A DNA stretch of 64,000 bases from Eledone cirrhosa (GCA_964016885.1 OZ024741.1:281418001-281482000), one strand, 5' to 3'. Counted from the first letter of the stretch, positions 1 to 14,269 are shown. Notes: generated by a model not told the origin, from the sequence alone. Program-made: numbers and translations.

Positions 1-814
1 TTCAGTAATATCTAAATTTTAAAAAGGAAGAGTAACAATAATGTTGTTACAGGCATTTCACCGTTCTAGCTATAAGGGAAAATGTTATTCTTAACTCTAT
101 TCATAATCTCATACCCAATTTTAACAGTGTTGCCAATTACTTTTTTTTTTCAAGGTTACACATGCTAAATTAGGATCAAAATCACCAACATTTTGTTAAA
201 AGGCACTAAAAAAATGTGTTGAGATAAAAAATGTTTAAATGTGAGCATTCTCTAGGTAGCAAGTAATGTTACTAAAACATTTAAAATAGATTTTAAAAAT
301 AGACATAAAATTGATCGACGAGTTTATTAATTCAAATGATTATAGTATCTTTACTATTGGACACATTGTTTAACCACATAGCTATGCCTGCTCTTATATA
401 TGAGAATATATTCCTAATATAACCAGATGGAATACTGACCGTTCTCCAAATCAGATTATCATCATCATCATTTAATGTTTGCTTTCTCTGCTAGCAAGGA
501 TTATATGGGTCTACATAGACCAAGTCGATACTGAAGCAGGGCTACAGACTTCCCAGACAGGCAAGAAGTGGGGTGTCTGCATCTCACATATGGTCTCATG
601 TTTTATTGAATGCACAGGTGACATTGTCATGTCTGACACAACTGACGGGTTCTCCAAACTCTTTGACGACATTTTGAGAATATTTTCCTAATATAACCAG
701 ATGGAATGGTGATTCTTCTCCAGATCAGATCAGATTATTATCATTAATATTATTATTTTATTTGAGTTGGAAGAATTCTGAGAGTGACAGACAAAATGTA
801 CAACAACATTTGTT

Positions 815-980
815 CTGGCCCTTTACGTTCTGAGTTCAAATCCCGTCAAGGTTAGCTTTGCCTTTCATCCTTACGGGGTCAATAAAATAAAGTACCAGTA
901 ATGCACTGGGGTTGGTTTAATTGACTTTCCCTTTCCCAAAAAAATTGTTGGCCTTGTACCTAAATCAGAAACCATTATTA
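815..980 (+). mobile_element. SINE family 2 (tRNA head plus CCTTTCATCC...GGTCGATAAAA..AGTACCAG core, Meta/MESC-like)
   Basis: B box GAGTTCAAATCC, conserved core, tail GGCCTTGT...AGAAACCATTATTATT; other copies near 2380-2530, 11935-12045, 34690-34830, 37615-37757, 51235-51330, 52775-52850 and 53265-53415. The core name is recalled, not verified. Confidence 0.75.
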
Positions 981-1217
981 TTACAAACCCAGAAATCCCT
1001 AACCACCATCACCTCAATAATCATAAAAGATATTTGGTTTGTGTTCTTTTTTTTTACCATGAAAAATATGTTTTTTGCAAGAGAGAACTGGTAAAGGTGA
1101 GAAATGCCAGGATGAAGATGGAAGAAAGAAGAGAATAGCAGTGTGTGTGTAGGGGTGCCACCATGACATACTGTGTGTCTTGGATATTATAAACCCAGGT
1201 TTCAACTCAGTTGATTT

Positions 1218-1316
<99 letters not shown>

Positions 1317-3338
1317 TATTATGTATTGACTCCTGATGGAGTCGTAGAGGTACCATAATGAGATACAGCATGTCTTAGGCTTTTTACGGCTGATGAAGCC
1401 CAACCTCTCTTCAGGTCTAAACACAGCTGATTTGTTAGAGAGAGAGAGGGGGTGTAGAGAGAGAGAGGGGGTGTAGAGAGAGAGAGAGAGAGAGAGGGGT
1501 GTGTGGAGAGAGAGAGAGAGGGGTGTGTGTAGAGAGAGAGGGTAGAGAGGGAAGGGGGTAGATATAGAGGGATATATAGAAGAAGAATCAACTCCAGTAT
1601 TTGACTGGTACTTGCTTTTTTAACGACCTCGAAAGGATGATAGGTAAAGTTAATCTCAGCAGGATTTGAAATAGGAGAGTGCAGAGAGCCAGAACGAATA
1701 CTGTAAAGCATTCCAACTGATATTCTAACGACTCAGCCAATTCCCTGCCTGTGGGTAGTTATATTCATTGATAAAAGAAAAAAGAAAATAGTTAACTGAG
1801 AAGAGGGTAAAATAGAAAGCCACAGACAGGCGTAATACTAGAGTTAAGTAGTAAAGAACATGAAATGGAATCCTAGTGTTACATATGGCAGGTTTTCTGA
1901 CAGGAATATAAATAGCAAAAGGTTTCTACTATGTTGATAGAAAATGAAGAATGATAACTACACAGAATGAACTAGTGGAATGACAAAAGTAGTACAGCTG
2001 TAATCATGACACTAGATGGTGAGTACAACTGGAGTTATAACCTCATTATCACCGGAACCACTGCCATCATCAGTTAACGTCCCTCCCAACTAATAAGGGT
2101 GGGGCAGGTTGTCACAGACCAAGTCATTACCCAATCAATGTCACCAATCTCTCATATAAGGTAGAGGCTACATCTCGGTTACATACATTGTCGCACCTTA
2201 CAGGGTACCCTGGGCATGTTTTATTGTGGCAGATCCTTTGTTTGGTAAATTTTCTACAGCTTGATGCCCTTCCTATCCCCGACCACTTTACAGAGTGTAC
2301 TGGGTGTATTTTATCATGGCTCCAACAATAGGGAGGTTGTTGTGCCCTTGTCATAAATGAAGAGTCCTCAATATTTTTAGCACAAGGCCAAAAAGTTGAA
2401 GGGAAGGAAGAAAGTCAATTAAATCGCCCCTATGGTATTACAGGTAATTTATTTTATCGAACCTGAAGGATGAAAGGCAAAGCTAACCTCGGTGGGATTT
2501 GAACTCAGAACATAAAGGATCATAACTATATACAGCAAAATCATTAACACAAAGCAAAAAGTTTGTAACGGAAAGGCATCGTCGATTGAATTGACATCAG
2601 ATATGAAAGGTATCATTCTCCCCTGTAGGCTTTGAATGTGGAATATAAAGAGATGGAAGTAAACACTGCAAGGTATTCTATCAAATGCTACATAGTTTCT
2701 GGTAGTTCAAACAGCAGTTGTGTTTTTTTCCAAACAACAATAGCTAAGGTCCCAGTTGTTTAGTGGAATAAACCTCCATTAGTTTTGATTGACCAACAGA
2801 ACAGTCTGCTTGTGAAATTGGCATGCAAGTGGCTGAGCATTCTACAGACTCGTAATTCTCAGAGATTTACCATGACATATATATAACAAGGCTGACCCGT
2901 TGAATTACTGGCACAAGTTTTGAAACCTTTTCAGCCTTTCCACTTTGACTTACAAGGCTTGAGTTGACCAGAGGCTATGGTAAATGACACTCGCTCGAGA
3001 TACCTTGCAATGGGATTGAACCCAAGACCAAATGATTGCAAACAAACTTGTTAACCATTCAGCCACAGTTACTTAGTGCAGTAGTTATCACAACACCAGT
3101 TGAATAGCCCAACAATGACCAGTCTTTTCTCTTGTGTTTGACTATTAAACAGTCAGTATATCTATCTTAGATCAGTTCTGTTGATATGTTTCATATTCAG
3201 TGAACCTTGATCAGTGTCTTTCTCTATACCATTTCTATTTTTACTCCACAAACCCAAATATTATAAATCTGTATTATACAAATGTAAATAGCTCTTTGTT
3301 AACACAGTGAAAAGTTGTCTAATGTTTTCCCCTTCCAG

Positions 3339-3494
3339 TTGTTGCTACAGACCTCAGTTACTGTTCTATTAATGGCTGCACTGCTGCTGGTGCTAATTCA
3401 GTTACCAAAGCATGCAACTTGATCAGGAGAAATATGGATACACCATCAAGTTGGCTGCTAAATCTTCCACCAACTCTAATGATGAACTTTGTCA
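3339..3494 (+). other. Exon-like segment antisense to neuralized
   Basis: CTAAT branch-like motif, TTTTCCCCTTCCAG| acceptor and CA|GTGAGT donor; 156 nt with one open phase 1-1 frame; no recognisable domain. Confidence 0.25.
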
Positions 3495-3940
3495 GTGAGT
3501 TGCACTGCACACACTTCCACTATACACTGAACATGCTATTTCTTGTTGCTGATGTAAAAATATATTTTAGTCTTCTTATTCAATTCAATCCTTTTTATAC
3601 TAAACTGTCTGAAACTGCCCTGGTTTTTACGATACAAAATTGTTTTCACATAAAATTATCCTTGGAGGGTTTTAGATAATTCTACCACTTTCACTCTTTT
3701 GTTTACCATATTTACAATGAAAAGGTTGTGGATACTAGATAGCTAGAACCAAGTAAATAACTAGGGGAAAATAAATACTGGATATCAAGCCTGTAGTTGG
3801 TACTAGACAGCAACAAAAGACACTACTTATAATTTCCAAATAATTTTTAAAATAATCAAGACTCTGGAGGGATTTAATAATATCTCTGTCATTTTTAAGC
3901 TGCTGTTTGGAGTATAACATATCAAAATTAAATAAACACT

Positions 3941-4383
3941 TTAACCCTTTCATTTATCCTATTTATAATGCCAATGATTTTCAAATAATTTTGAAAATAA
4001 TCATGAATTTGGAGAGATTTAGTAATAAAACTATCTTTTTAAGTTAGTGTTTGGAATGTAAAAGATTTTTCCATAAAATTATGATGGAAGGTTTCTCAAG
4101 AAAAAATTGTCTAACAGATTTTACAAGGAAAACCAACTGGCAGGAGATCCAGAACAATATGATTGGATAACTTGTCTTGCTTTGGGATCCAGCCAGATCA
4201 ATTGGAGATGGTTGCTATTAACAGGAGCCACTGGAAGGAGTGTTTTATGACTCTGGTCAAAGGACCCTCTCAGGAATAAGTGGGTGAAGAAGATTTTTAG
4301 ATAAATATAAACACTTTGAAATAAACAGCTTAGTACCATAGAACCAGAGCCAGTTTCAGGCAGTTTGGTGTCAAAAGGATTAA
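3941..4383. mobile_element. piggyBac-like MITE, representative of an abundant old family (also near 26767-27073, 29535-29770, 30220-30595, 36621-36875, 48005-48235, 52637-52951)
   Basis: TTAACCCTTT...AAAGGGTTAA-type ends and shared internal text (GATTTTTAGATAAATATAAACACTTT, ATAGAACCAG...CAGTTTGGT). Confidence 0.6.
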
Positions 4384-4789
4384 ATGGATTCTATGGATTT
4401 GAAACTTGAGATTAATTTTATGAATTGAAAGCTTGTAGTCAAGACCTGTTTCTTAACCATGGTTTTATGTATGCTTAAGACCACATACATTTTTCACATT
4501 CTCCTCATTTTATAGCAGAAAATTAAAAACAAAATGTGTATGTATAATCAAGTTAGTGTTTATGTGCATATGTAATATCCAAATGACCTCCATAATTGAA
4601 CCAAAACAATCTTGTTCTAACTTTGCTTATCTTCCAAGGTAGGGAGGGAGAGGGTGATGGTATTCATATATGAATTTGGCTGTGACCATTAACATGTTTA
4701 TCAGCCCCACATGTCAGCTCCTTCACTACAACTAGCAGAAGTTAGTAGTCAAAATTGCTTCTGGAGGAAGTGTGTGTATGTGTCTGTAA

Positions 4790-4831
<42 letters not shown>

Positions 4832-6829
4832 TCACACACACACACATATACATGTGTGTGTGTAAATGGTCTGCATAGCATTTTCCTGCAGACATGTTTA
4901 TGTATTGCTTCTTTCTCCACCCTCCCACACACCTCTGTCACTAAATTAACCAGCTGTTGGATAAGTTCAATCTTTAGTGCTGCCATAGTCTGCATGAGAG
5001 TATAGCTGTATGTATGTGTGTGTGTGTGTGTTTGGGGGAGAGAGAGAGAGATGAAGAAACTAAGTACATTACCATACTGATCAGAAGTCTAAAGAAAGCC
5101 AGTTCAATCTCAGTTTTGCCCATAAAAATACACTTCTTTTATTTCCTATCTCTGAGGTAGGGCCTTTGTCATTCTGTCTACAGGCACAGGCTCAGCCAAA
5201 TCAACACTGACTGCGGTGTAAAGTCTGTCTCTCCCTGGATGAAAGGCAAAGTTGACCTTGGCAAACATTGTCAACATTTCCCAATGAATTTTCACAAAAT
5301 AACTAGATCTTACCTAGTATAATCCATGCACAAGAAAACCCTGACTACAAGCTCACCTCCCACTACCTTTGAAATAGTAGGGATCAAGAAAGTAGTTGCA
5401 GAAAGACTGGAAGTTCTAATGGAGTAGGAGTGAGTCACTTCAGTGAGAGTAGGGGTCTAAAACTGAATGTTATTTTGGGAAATGACAAGATAGGACATTG
5501 CCATTTTGTGTTCTAAACTAGAACACTGTCATGTTCCTTCTGCAACCACTCTTTGATCTTTTTCTTTTCTCTATGTGTATGTGCATTTGTACATGTGTTT
5601 ATCAATCCATATATATATATATACATAATGTGTGTGTAGATATGAGTATGAAATCATTACATGTTTGTATCCAGACATATGTCTATATCTGGATACATAT
5701 ATATATATATATATATATATATCTATTATATGGATGTTTGTGCGCGTGGATGTACACACACACACAAACTTAGAAACATTTGATGTATATACATATATGT
5801 ATCCATACACACACACATGCATATCAACAATCTTCTGTATGTCACAGAGACAAAGTGCATGTTTATTAATTTGTGTGTATGTAAGGAAAATTTATAAAAG
5901 CCATTTCAGTTTAATAAAAAACAAAACCTTTCTATATATATATACACCACCTGGGGTAGGCACCACTGTTGGATTTACTATATAGAGAGGGTGTGCTTCA
6001 AATTGTTAAAGACTACAAAATTGCAATACACACCACAGCTAGTTTTACTATATATATACTATATAGAGAGGGTGTGTTTCAAATTGTAAAAGTATTCATT
6101 CCATCCACCAAGGTCATATGAAATCAATTGTCTAATCATAATATAATAAAGGGAGGAGTGGGGGATTGTGTCCTGAATATACTTTTTTTTATCTCATTAG
6201 TAAAATAAGTTGGATTACTTTGAATAAATAATGAATGAATATTACATAATTTATGTACTAAATTTCATAACTGTTGATTAAACATAAATATTCCTATATA
6301 TAATGATTGCTTATTTTAAGATTCAGTTCTTTAAAATTTTTTAAATGTCAACACTTCCGATTATGATATAACGGACACTATATCATATTGCTTATATAAA
6401 TGTTCATATATTTGCACTGTTATATCATAACGTTAATATTTCTGTCGCTAATTTTCTCCTTTTTTGTTTTCATTACATTTCACCGTAATGCAGTTTATAT
6501 ATAATATTGTCTTTTTTAAATGTATCATGGATTACTTTACTGATTACAGAAGACAGTGTAACACAGTCTCTCTTCAATTCCTGTGCATATTGTCAATTAC
6601 GATTTTATTTGACGTATCATATCTACATGCATGTATATTTCCATATAATATGAATATGCACACTACACGTTAGTAGAAAACCACCCTTCAGGTGGTTTTT
6701 CTGCTAGTATATGTAAGCGAAATAATACATCTGTGTTCTCTCCTCTGATACTTAGCATATATGAAGTATAAACAGCACAGACATACATTCATTAAACATA
6801 TACATACATTACACACACACACATAACAA

Positions 6830-6868
<39 letters not shown>

Positions 6869-7133
6869 CATTACATATGCAGGAAGGGCATCCAGCCATA
6901 GAAACTTAGCAAGAAACAGTCCTATATGAAAAAGACACGGTCACCTGATGCAACTTGCTTTAATGGGACAACCCGTCTAAACCATACTAGTGTGGAAAAT
7001 GGATGTTAAATGTTGATGATACACACACATATATAGATTAGATTACATACATACATTACACACACGTATATACATAGGATAAAGATCCTGTAACTCCTTG
7101 TGAGTCATAGAGGCATAGTCATACAGTGTTATG

Positions 7134-7377
7134 TATCTATCGTACACTCTGTGGCATCCTTTTATAAAAAAGAGACTCATAACGAACTCAAGATGACACG
7201 ATAATTATTTAAGCTAATGTTCAATATCTCATATTAGATGTGTTTAGTAATGATTAATACGAAATGCACTTAAACCGAATTCTATATTATATATTCACTT
7301 AAATAATTATCGTGTCGTCTTGAGTTCGTTATGAGTCGCTTTTTTATAATAGGATGCCACAGAGTGTACGATAGATA
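7134..7377. repeat. Fold-back with inverted arms of about 80 bp and an 84-bp spacer
   Basis: 7134-7213 versus 7298-7377 with few mismatches. Confidence 0.9.
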
Positions 7378-8128
7378 ATGATTACAATATTTTTGAGCAA
7401 CAACTCTAGTCCCACACTTTTGAAGGTTTATTATAACATTCTGTGGCTCTTTTGAGCTTGTGCATTTTTCAGGTCTAGTTTAATATTTTTTTAAGGCAAC
7501 GCTTGTAATAACTCTAGTTAAACATGATATATATTAATAATAAATTATCGTTGTAATTTAATTAGATTATATAATTGTTATTTTATAAATGATCCTATAA
7601 ATATTATTGTAAGATGTATAAAAATATTTTCAGACTTTTAATAGTTACTATAAATTTTAAAAATCATATATAAAGTAACAATATAACTTACCAAAACGAG
7701 AAAAATATTTTCATGATAAACGACAAAATACTGGAGGAAGATTCAAAAGCGAAATGATAAATAAACGTGCAAACAAAGTGGCGGATGCTTTTGAGCAACA
7801 ATTACTCTCGTTGGTTGATTAGCCGATAAGACGATACATTACAAAAGATGTTTGGGAGGCATCACCACGGCCAGTGATACCCCTTAAATTTTTTATTCAC
7901 AAGCTACGCATATATGTCAGACACGCAGACTTAAAACATTCTGTTGTTAGTCACTGTGTGTCTAACAGATTGAATTACAAATACACACACATATATATAC
8001 ATGCATACATACATTACACACACAAATCTCTCTCTCTCTATCTATACATATATACTTAGGGTAAACATTGATGTAATTCAATTCAAGCACTCAACGTACT
8101 TATTCCACATAGGAGTGACGGAGTAAAT

Positions 8129-9304
8129 ATAAGGAAAAGCGAAGTAGTTTCAGATGTTCAAGTCTTTTAATAATAATGCTGTGATATATATTTCAATGGC
8201 GACAGTGGTCACACTGTTCCGTGCGCTAGTGCGGCAACATCGTCAGACAGCTTGTTACATAATAAGGTTATGTTTCCAAGGCAATCCAAATTGAATCGAC
8301 ATGGGAACGGATGAAGTGTGTGCTCTCGGGTTCTTCATTCGTTCCCCTGTGAGTACCAATTCACTCCCACCGGTCTGCACAGGCGCAGGTCCGAAGGAAG
8401 TTGACCATTAGCTACCGCAGATTTCAACGAAATTCGCTTAGTCAGTTCCCCCCCTCACCCAAACAATGACCCATTCAGGCCTGTTATATATAGCTTACTG
8501 TTACCTACCTCGTCCGTGGCAGTCAGCCGAAAGCCAGTGGGGATGGGAGCGTGTGAGAGAGCATGGACAGTATAATTGACCATCAACCTCTAAGAGAAAA
8601 TATACTTAATTCTAGGTATCATGGTTTCACAGTGGAAGTTATGAATGACAGTTGGAAATTAGAACTAAAAATTAAAAATTGAAAATCAAATATTAAAAAT
8701 TAGAAATTAAGAATTAAAAATTAATAATTAAAAAAATATAGATTGGAGTGAGTAAATAATATATTCCCCTATACTATCTACTACGTAGAGAGATGTTTAA
8801 GTAAGAAGTTTTGAAAGGGGTATTAATGTTACAGTTATACTATCTACATACTGAACGATAGTACCGTACAGTAGAATGGAGGGTAAATTACAGTATGAAA
8901 GGTTGTAGTTAGTCGGGTACATAGTTAGAATTTCCATCACATGGAACAAAACTAAAAAAACACATATAAAGTACACAAAAGAAAAAAAACTAATAAATGC
9001 AAAAAACTCATACAGTTCACATATGCAAAATGAGATAGGAGATACTGATTAATATGATTGTCAATTTGTCCATATATAGATTGAATTTAGGGGCTTCTGT
9101 TCAAATGGGATTTGGTGCAGGAAAATAGTGGTTTATCAGTGTTTTTGTTTCCGCGTATTTATCCTGCCGAAAGTTATTATTATGTCCGTCCAGTATCATG
9201 GATTTCCATCCCTATGGTATAGGGGAAATATATATCAAGTTGAAATATATATCACAGCATTATTATTAAAAGACTTGAACATCTGAAACTACTTCGCTTT
9301 TCCT

Positions 9305-9307
<3 letters not shown>
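8129..9307. repeat. 1.2-kb element bounded by perfect 68-bp inverted repeats
   Basis: 8129-8196 is the exact reverse complement of 9240-9307. Confidence 0.9.
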
Positions 9308-9361
<54 letters not shown>

Positions 9362-9829
9362 CTACTAAACATATATACATTACATACACCCACACATATA
9401 TACATGCATACATTAGATTACATACATCACATGTATATAGATTACATTACATATATTCATTGCATTACATATATTCATTGCATCGTACTCAACTACAGTG
9501 GGTAAATATTTCATTTCTACTAAAGATTTCCATGGGGAGCATAATTTCAATGAGATTATACGATTTAGTTTTGAAACCACAGCAAAATATGAATTTACTA
9601 AATATATTGCATTACATAGATACATTATATACATACATTACATTATGCATATACATACATTACACACATCACATATATACATACATATGTTACATTAAAT
9701 ATATATACATTGATATAAATGTATGAAATAGCTATTTACAGGGACAAATGTAGAGTTAGAACTCAAGATCATGTGATTAGAAAGTTAACTGCTTATATAT
9801 ATATATGACATTACTGGCAGAACATGTGT

Positions 9830-10235
9830 TCTGTGATGACATATGTAAGAGAGATGTGGGCACTCAACACCACCAATGCAGAGATTCTTGCAGTGGTTAA
9901 CATAAAATGGAGTGAATCAATCTTGGCATCATGACAAGAAGAGCAACACCTGGATTTGACAGTAGACTGGCATGAAGGACAATTGAGACCATCAAGAAGG
10001 ACAAACATAGATGGGCTGTCTACGTCTCTCGTCTCAGAGACAACAGGTGGATTATTATAGTGACAGAGCAGACACCAAGGCAGTGGGGAAGAACTAGAGG
10101 GTGACAAAAAGCCAGACAGCACAATGATCTGACCCAATACCTCGGCCCAACATGGTCCAATATCGCAGGAGATAGGAAGTGGTGGAGGTCAACCAGGGAG
10201 AGTTTCCTCCAACAAGAGTGGGAAAACCCTGGATT
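9830..10235 (+). mobile_element. Degenerate 3' end of another RTE-type LINE
   Basis: Plus-strand reading ETIKKDKHRWAVYVSRLRDNRWI...WSNIAGDRKWWR resembles the RTE C-terminal W-x-GH-x-x-R...A-x-DR-x-x-W pattern. Confidence 0.7.
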
Positions 10236-10249
10236 TTTAATATATATAT

Positions 10250-11200
10250 CATTATCATCATCACCATTTAATGTCCATTTTCCATGCTAGCATGGGTTAG
10301 ATGAGCTGTCCAGATGACTGTTTTGCTCATACAGAACTGATTTGGGCTTGGTTTCTATGGCTGGATGGCTCTCCTAACACCAACCACATTTGCAGTGTGT
10401 ACTGGGTGCTTTTTGTCAACTCCTATATGACCACTTTACAGTGTGGACTGGGTGCTTTTCATCACGACACCTACATGACTATTTTACAGTGTAGACTGGG
10501 TGCTTTTCATCACGACACCTACATGACCATTTTACAGTGTGGGCTAGGTGCTTTTTATCATGGCACCTACATGACCACTTTATGATGTGTCTGGGTACTT
10601 TTTGTCGTGACACCTACACAACCACTTTACAGTGTGGGCTGGGCACTTTTTGGTGTGTCACCAGCATGAACACTTTACAGTGTGGGCTGTGCATTTTTTG
10701 CCATGACACTTACATGACCACTTTACAGTGTAGACTGGGTGCTTGTTGGTGTGGCACCAAAATGACCACTATATAGTATGGACTGGGGACTTGAGTGGGG
10801 GAGGTGCATGGAGATTGTGGAGGTAGTGTGTGTATGTAGGGGTTAGTTGAGGGGTGGGGTGTTAGGACGTGGGATGTGCATGGAAGGGGTGATGGAGGGG
10901 TAGGTGGCACATACTAGGTGTATGCCTCAGCCCCTGCACATGAGGTGGGTCTTCTGTATTACTGCATAATGCCAGAGATCACCTTTGAAAGGTGCAATTG
11001 TGCAAGGACAGCTTTTATCACCTTCCCAAGTCTTCCTGGGTCTCCCCATTCCAAGGCTTCCATTGACTTTGAGCGCTCTACACCTTTTTATACAGCTGTC
11101 ATTCTTCATATGCATCACATGTCCATACCAATGCAATATCCTCTCCTGCACACTGCATCTGTTCATTCTCTCTCAGTTCATTTATGCTTTGCAGTCCATG
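10250..11200 (-). mobile_element. 3' fragment of RTE family A with an expanded 48-bp array in the 3' UTR
   Basis: ORF 10927-11166 (LHWYGHVMHMKNDSCIKRC...GRPRKTW) matches the end of ORF 21694-22836; same 3' UTR organisation and (GAT)n tail. Confidence 0.85.
10384..10790. repeat. 48-bp tandem repeat, about 8.5 copies
   Basis: Unit approx. ACCACTTTACAGTGTGGGCTGGGTGCTTTTTATCACGACACCTACATG, starting at 10384, 10430, 10478, 10526, 10574, 10621, 10669, 10717 and 10765. Confidence 0.9.
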
Positions 11201-11467
11201 TATATTACATATTGACCAAAGCATGGAAGATTCATTTCTTTTGGCAAATGAGTGGGAGGGAGAAGGTGAGAATTTGGTAGGGGGTGTGACAGATGAGTTG
11301 GTGTTGGTTTTCCATGTCTGAAATAAAGAAGAGCGTTCGCATGGTTGTCCAGATGAGGCTGGTGGATTCATATTAATCTTTAGGACTGCTCCAACTTTGT
11401 ATTCCATTTTTATATATCTTTATGTGTATATATATATATATATTTATAGATAATGATATATATATAT

Positions 11468-11921
<454 letters not shown>

Positions 11922-12228
11922 AACAAACATGATAATCCCGCCGAGGTTACCTTTGCCTTTCATCCTTACGGGGTCGATAAAATAAAGTACCAGTAATGCA
12001 CCGGGTAATTGCTGGCCTTGTGACAAAAGTAGAAACAATTATTACTGTTGAATATTTAATCAGCCTTGAGAGAAAGGAAAGGGAGGTAAACCACACAATA
12101 TGAAATGTGAAATATGAAAACCTAGAACCCAGGACCTTGTGACTGGAAAGCAAGCTTCTTATTGCAACAACATAACTGAGATAAAAATTGCATTGCATGT
12201 GGGTGTGTGTAAATTTCAAAGAATTATA

Positions 12229-12272
<44 letters not shown>

Positions 12273-12277
<5 letters not shown>

Positions 12278-12460
12278 GTTTCTACGTTAGGCACAAGGCC
12301 AGCAATGACCCAGTGTATTACTGGTACTTTATTTTATCGACCCCGTAAGGATGAAAGGCAAAGTTAACCTCGGCGGGATTTGAACTCAGAATGGCAAGGG
12401 CCGTAACTCTATGCGTCAAAGCATGGCATCCGACACTCTACCAATACTGCCAATCCACAT
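12273..12460 (-). mobile_element. SINE family 2 copy
   Basis: Reverse complement has A-box-like TTGGCAGTATTGG, B box GAGTTCAAATCC and the family 2 core. Confidence 0.8.
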
Positions 12461-13079
12461 CATTATATATATATATATATAATGATGGGTGGATTGCCGA
12501 TGGGTATCGGGAGGTAACCACAGTTAAAAATACTTAATATGTTAGTAGAGTATAGGCATCTTTATTTTATATAGAAATGACTTCTAGAGAACTAGAACTA
12601 TTTCATTTGTATGATTTCATATGAATGAAACAATTCTAGTCCTGTAGAAGTCATTTATATATATATATACACATATATATATATATATACTTGCTATACT
12701 GACACTAGTGTACATAGGATAGAGCACATGTAGGCTCTGGAGTATTGGTATAATGATAAAGAACCCAGTAGGTTAGAATTTACCTAATTTTATTGATTAT
12801 ATAATCGATGTTATAGTATTTTGATGATAATTGTTATGTAACAGTTACAACCTCATCAGACAGATATTACACAAACAGAAAATTACTTGAACAAAAATGA
12901 AATGAATGAAAATTACTCATGCATTTTCCATTCATTGATATCCCAAGGGCAAGTTATTAGTGTTGGCCTCTGAGAGCCCTGCTGACATATTATACATATA
13001 CATACAAATAAAAATGGTGTATTATTATGGTTGATGTATAGGAAGCCAATGCAAAAGGAGATTTCAACTGATCACTAAC

Positions 13080-13619
13080 CTTCTGATGTGAGATAGAAAC
13101 TAAGTTCATCTCCAATATCTGAAACACGGCAGACATCTTTGTTTACCACCCAATATTCACGTCGGTCAAGAAACTGGTCTGCATCATCCGGAAATTCCCC
13201 ATGACTTAAGTTGGCAGGGTCACAAGTGGTAAAGCCGAATGCAAGACCTCCCTCATAATATCGGTCGATCCCAAGAATCTGTATGACAATTATTTCATTG
13301 CTCACAGGTCTTGAAGTGAAGACATAGCCGTTGCAGTACTCCTCTTGGACGCGTACAGCAACTGTCTTCTCTGATTCCAAACATACATTATGACCACATA
13401 CATCATGAAAGAAAACAGGAGTGAAGTCGATATTCTTGTGGAAACGTATTATAGGCACCAAGGTGTTGGCATTGTTTGAAGAACTGTTGTGATGGTTGCT
13501 GGCCATGGTGAGAGCATTGTTGGTGCTGTTGTTGTGACTTAAATCCATAGATTGCAAAGCTGTTGTCAAGTCAGTGAGGTTGGAAATATTTGTTGGGTTG
13601 GGTATTAATGGAACAGCAT
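13080..13619 (-). CDS. neur: Internal coding exon of a neuralized-family E3 ligase gene (linker plus most of an NHR domain, probably NHR2)
   Basis: Translation contains FHDVCGHNVCL...EYCNGYVFTSRP...GGLAFGFTTCDP...PDDADQFLDRREYWVV...GDELSF, typical of an NHR domain. Polypyrimidine tract plus TAG acceptor at 13621-13620 and AG|GTTAGT donor at 13079. 540 nt, phase 1-1, open throughout. Confidence 0.9.
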
Positions 13620-14269
13620 CTAAAGTAAAGAAAAAAAGAAGAAAGAAATAGTTTTTATTTTAGTTGTAAGAAACTCTCAAGAAAGCTGGACAGCATAAGG
13701 TCTTCAGAGAAGAAACCCCACTAAAGCAAGTGTTTTTTATTATTTGTTATTGTTTCTTTTATTACTGTATACATAATTTGAAACCTTTAACATCCTGTAA
13801 TAATTTAGCAAAAACTATTTAAAGAGTGGGTCATATAATTCAAATTTTTGTAGTATCTTTACTGGTTGACAGATTGTTGTGAACATTTGCAGTATTAGAG
13901 TAAAGACTTCAATTCTTAATATGAGGCAGTCACACTGCTGTTTTCTACTTTTCAAGAATAACTTGCAAATGTTGTTTCATGTGGTACAAGACATTAAGAT
14001 GTAACATCATTCTGCTATTTATGTAATGCTTAATTATGAAATGAAACTGAAGATATATCCTATTATACACACAACATTTATATACCGGTTAATTTAAATA
14101 TGTATTCAACAAATTTCAAATTGGATTGTATAACTCTTGCAATAAAAAAAAGAGATAAATTAAATAGAAAAATTAAGGAAAGTGGAGAGGAACTGTGGAC
14201 TCTACATTCCAATTTATAAGGTATATCGAGCTGTGCCTCCAGCTCCACCCCATCGACAAAATGACAAAG

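Noticed and set aside
1390-1400. Other CTGATGA hits (1390; minus strand 24350 and 62230; 28713; 35829) as hammerheads
   Set aside because: No correctly placed GAAA or stems.
5050-5130. DQYGNV as the end of the NHR domain (DIYGN-like)
   Set aside because: No LWAFF-like context in frame and no convincing splice sites; the remaining neuralized exons were not found in the window.
9811-10137. Cys-rich minus-strand ORF as the neuralized RING exon
   Set aside because: Cysteine spacing is not C3HC4, and the opposite strand reads as an RTE C-terminus.
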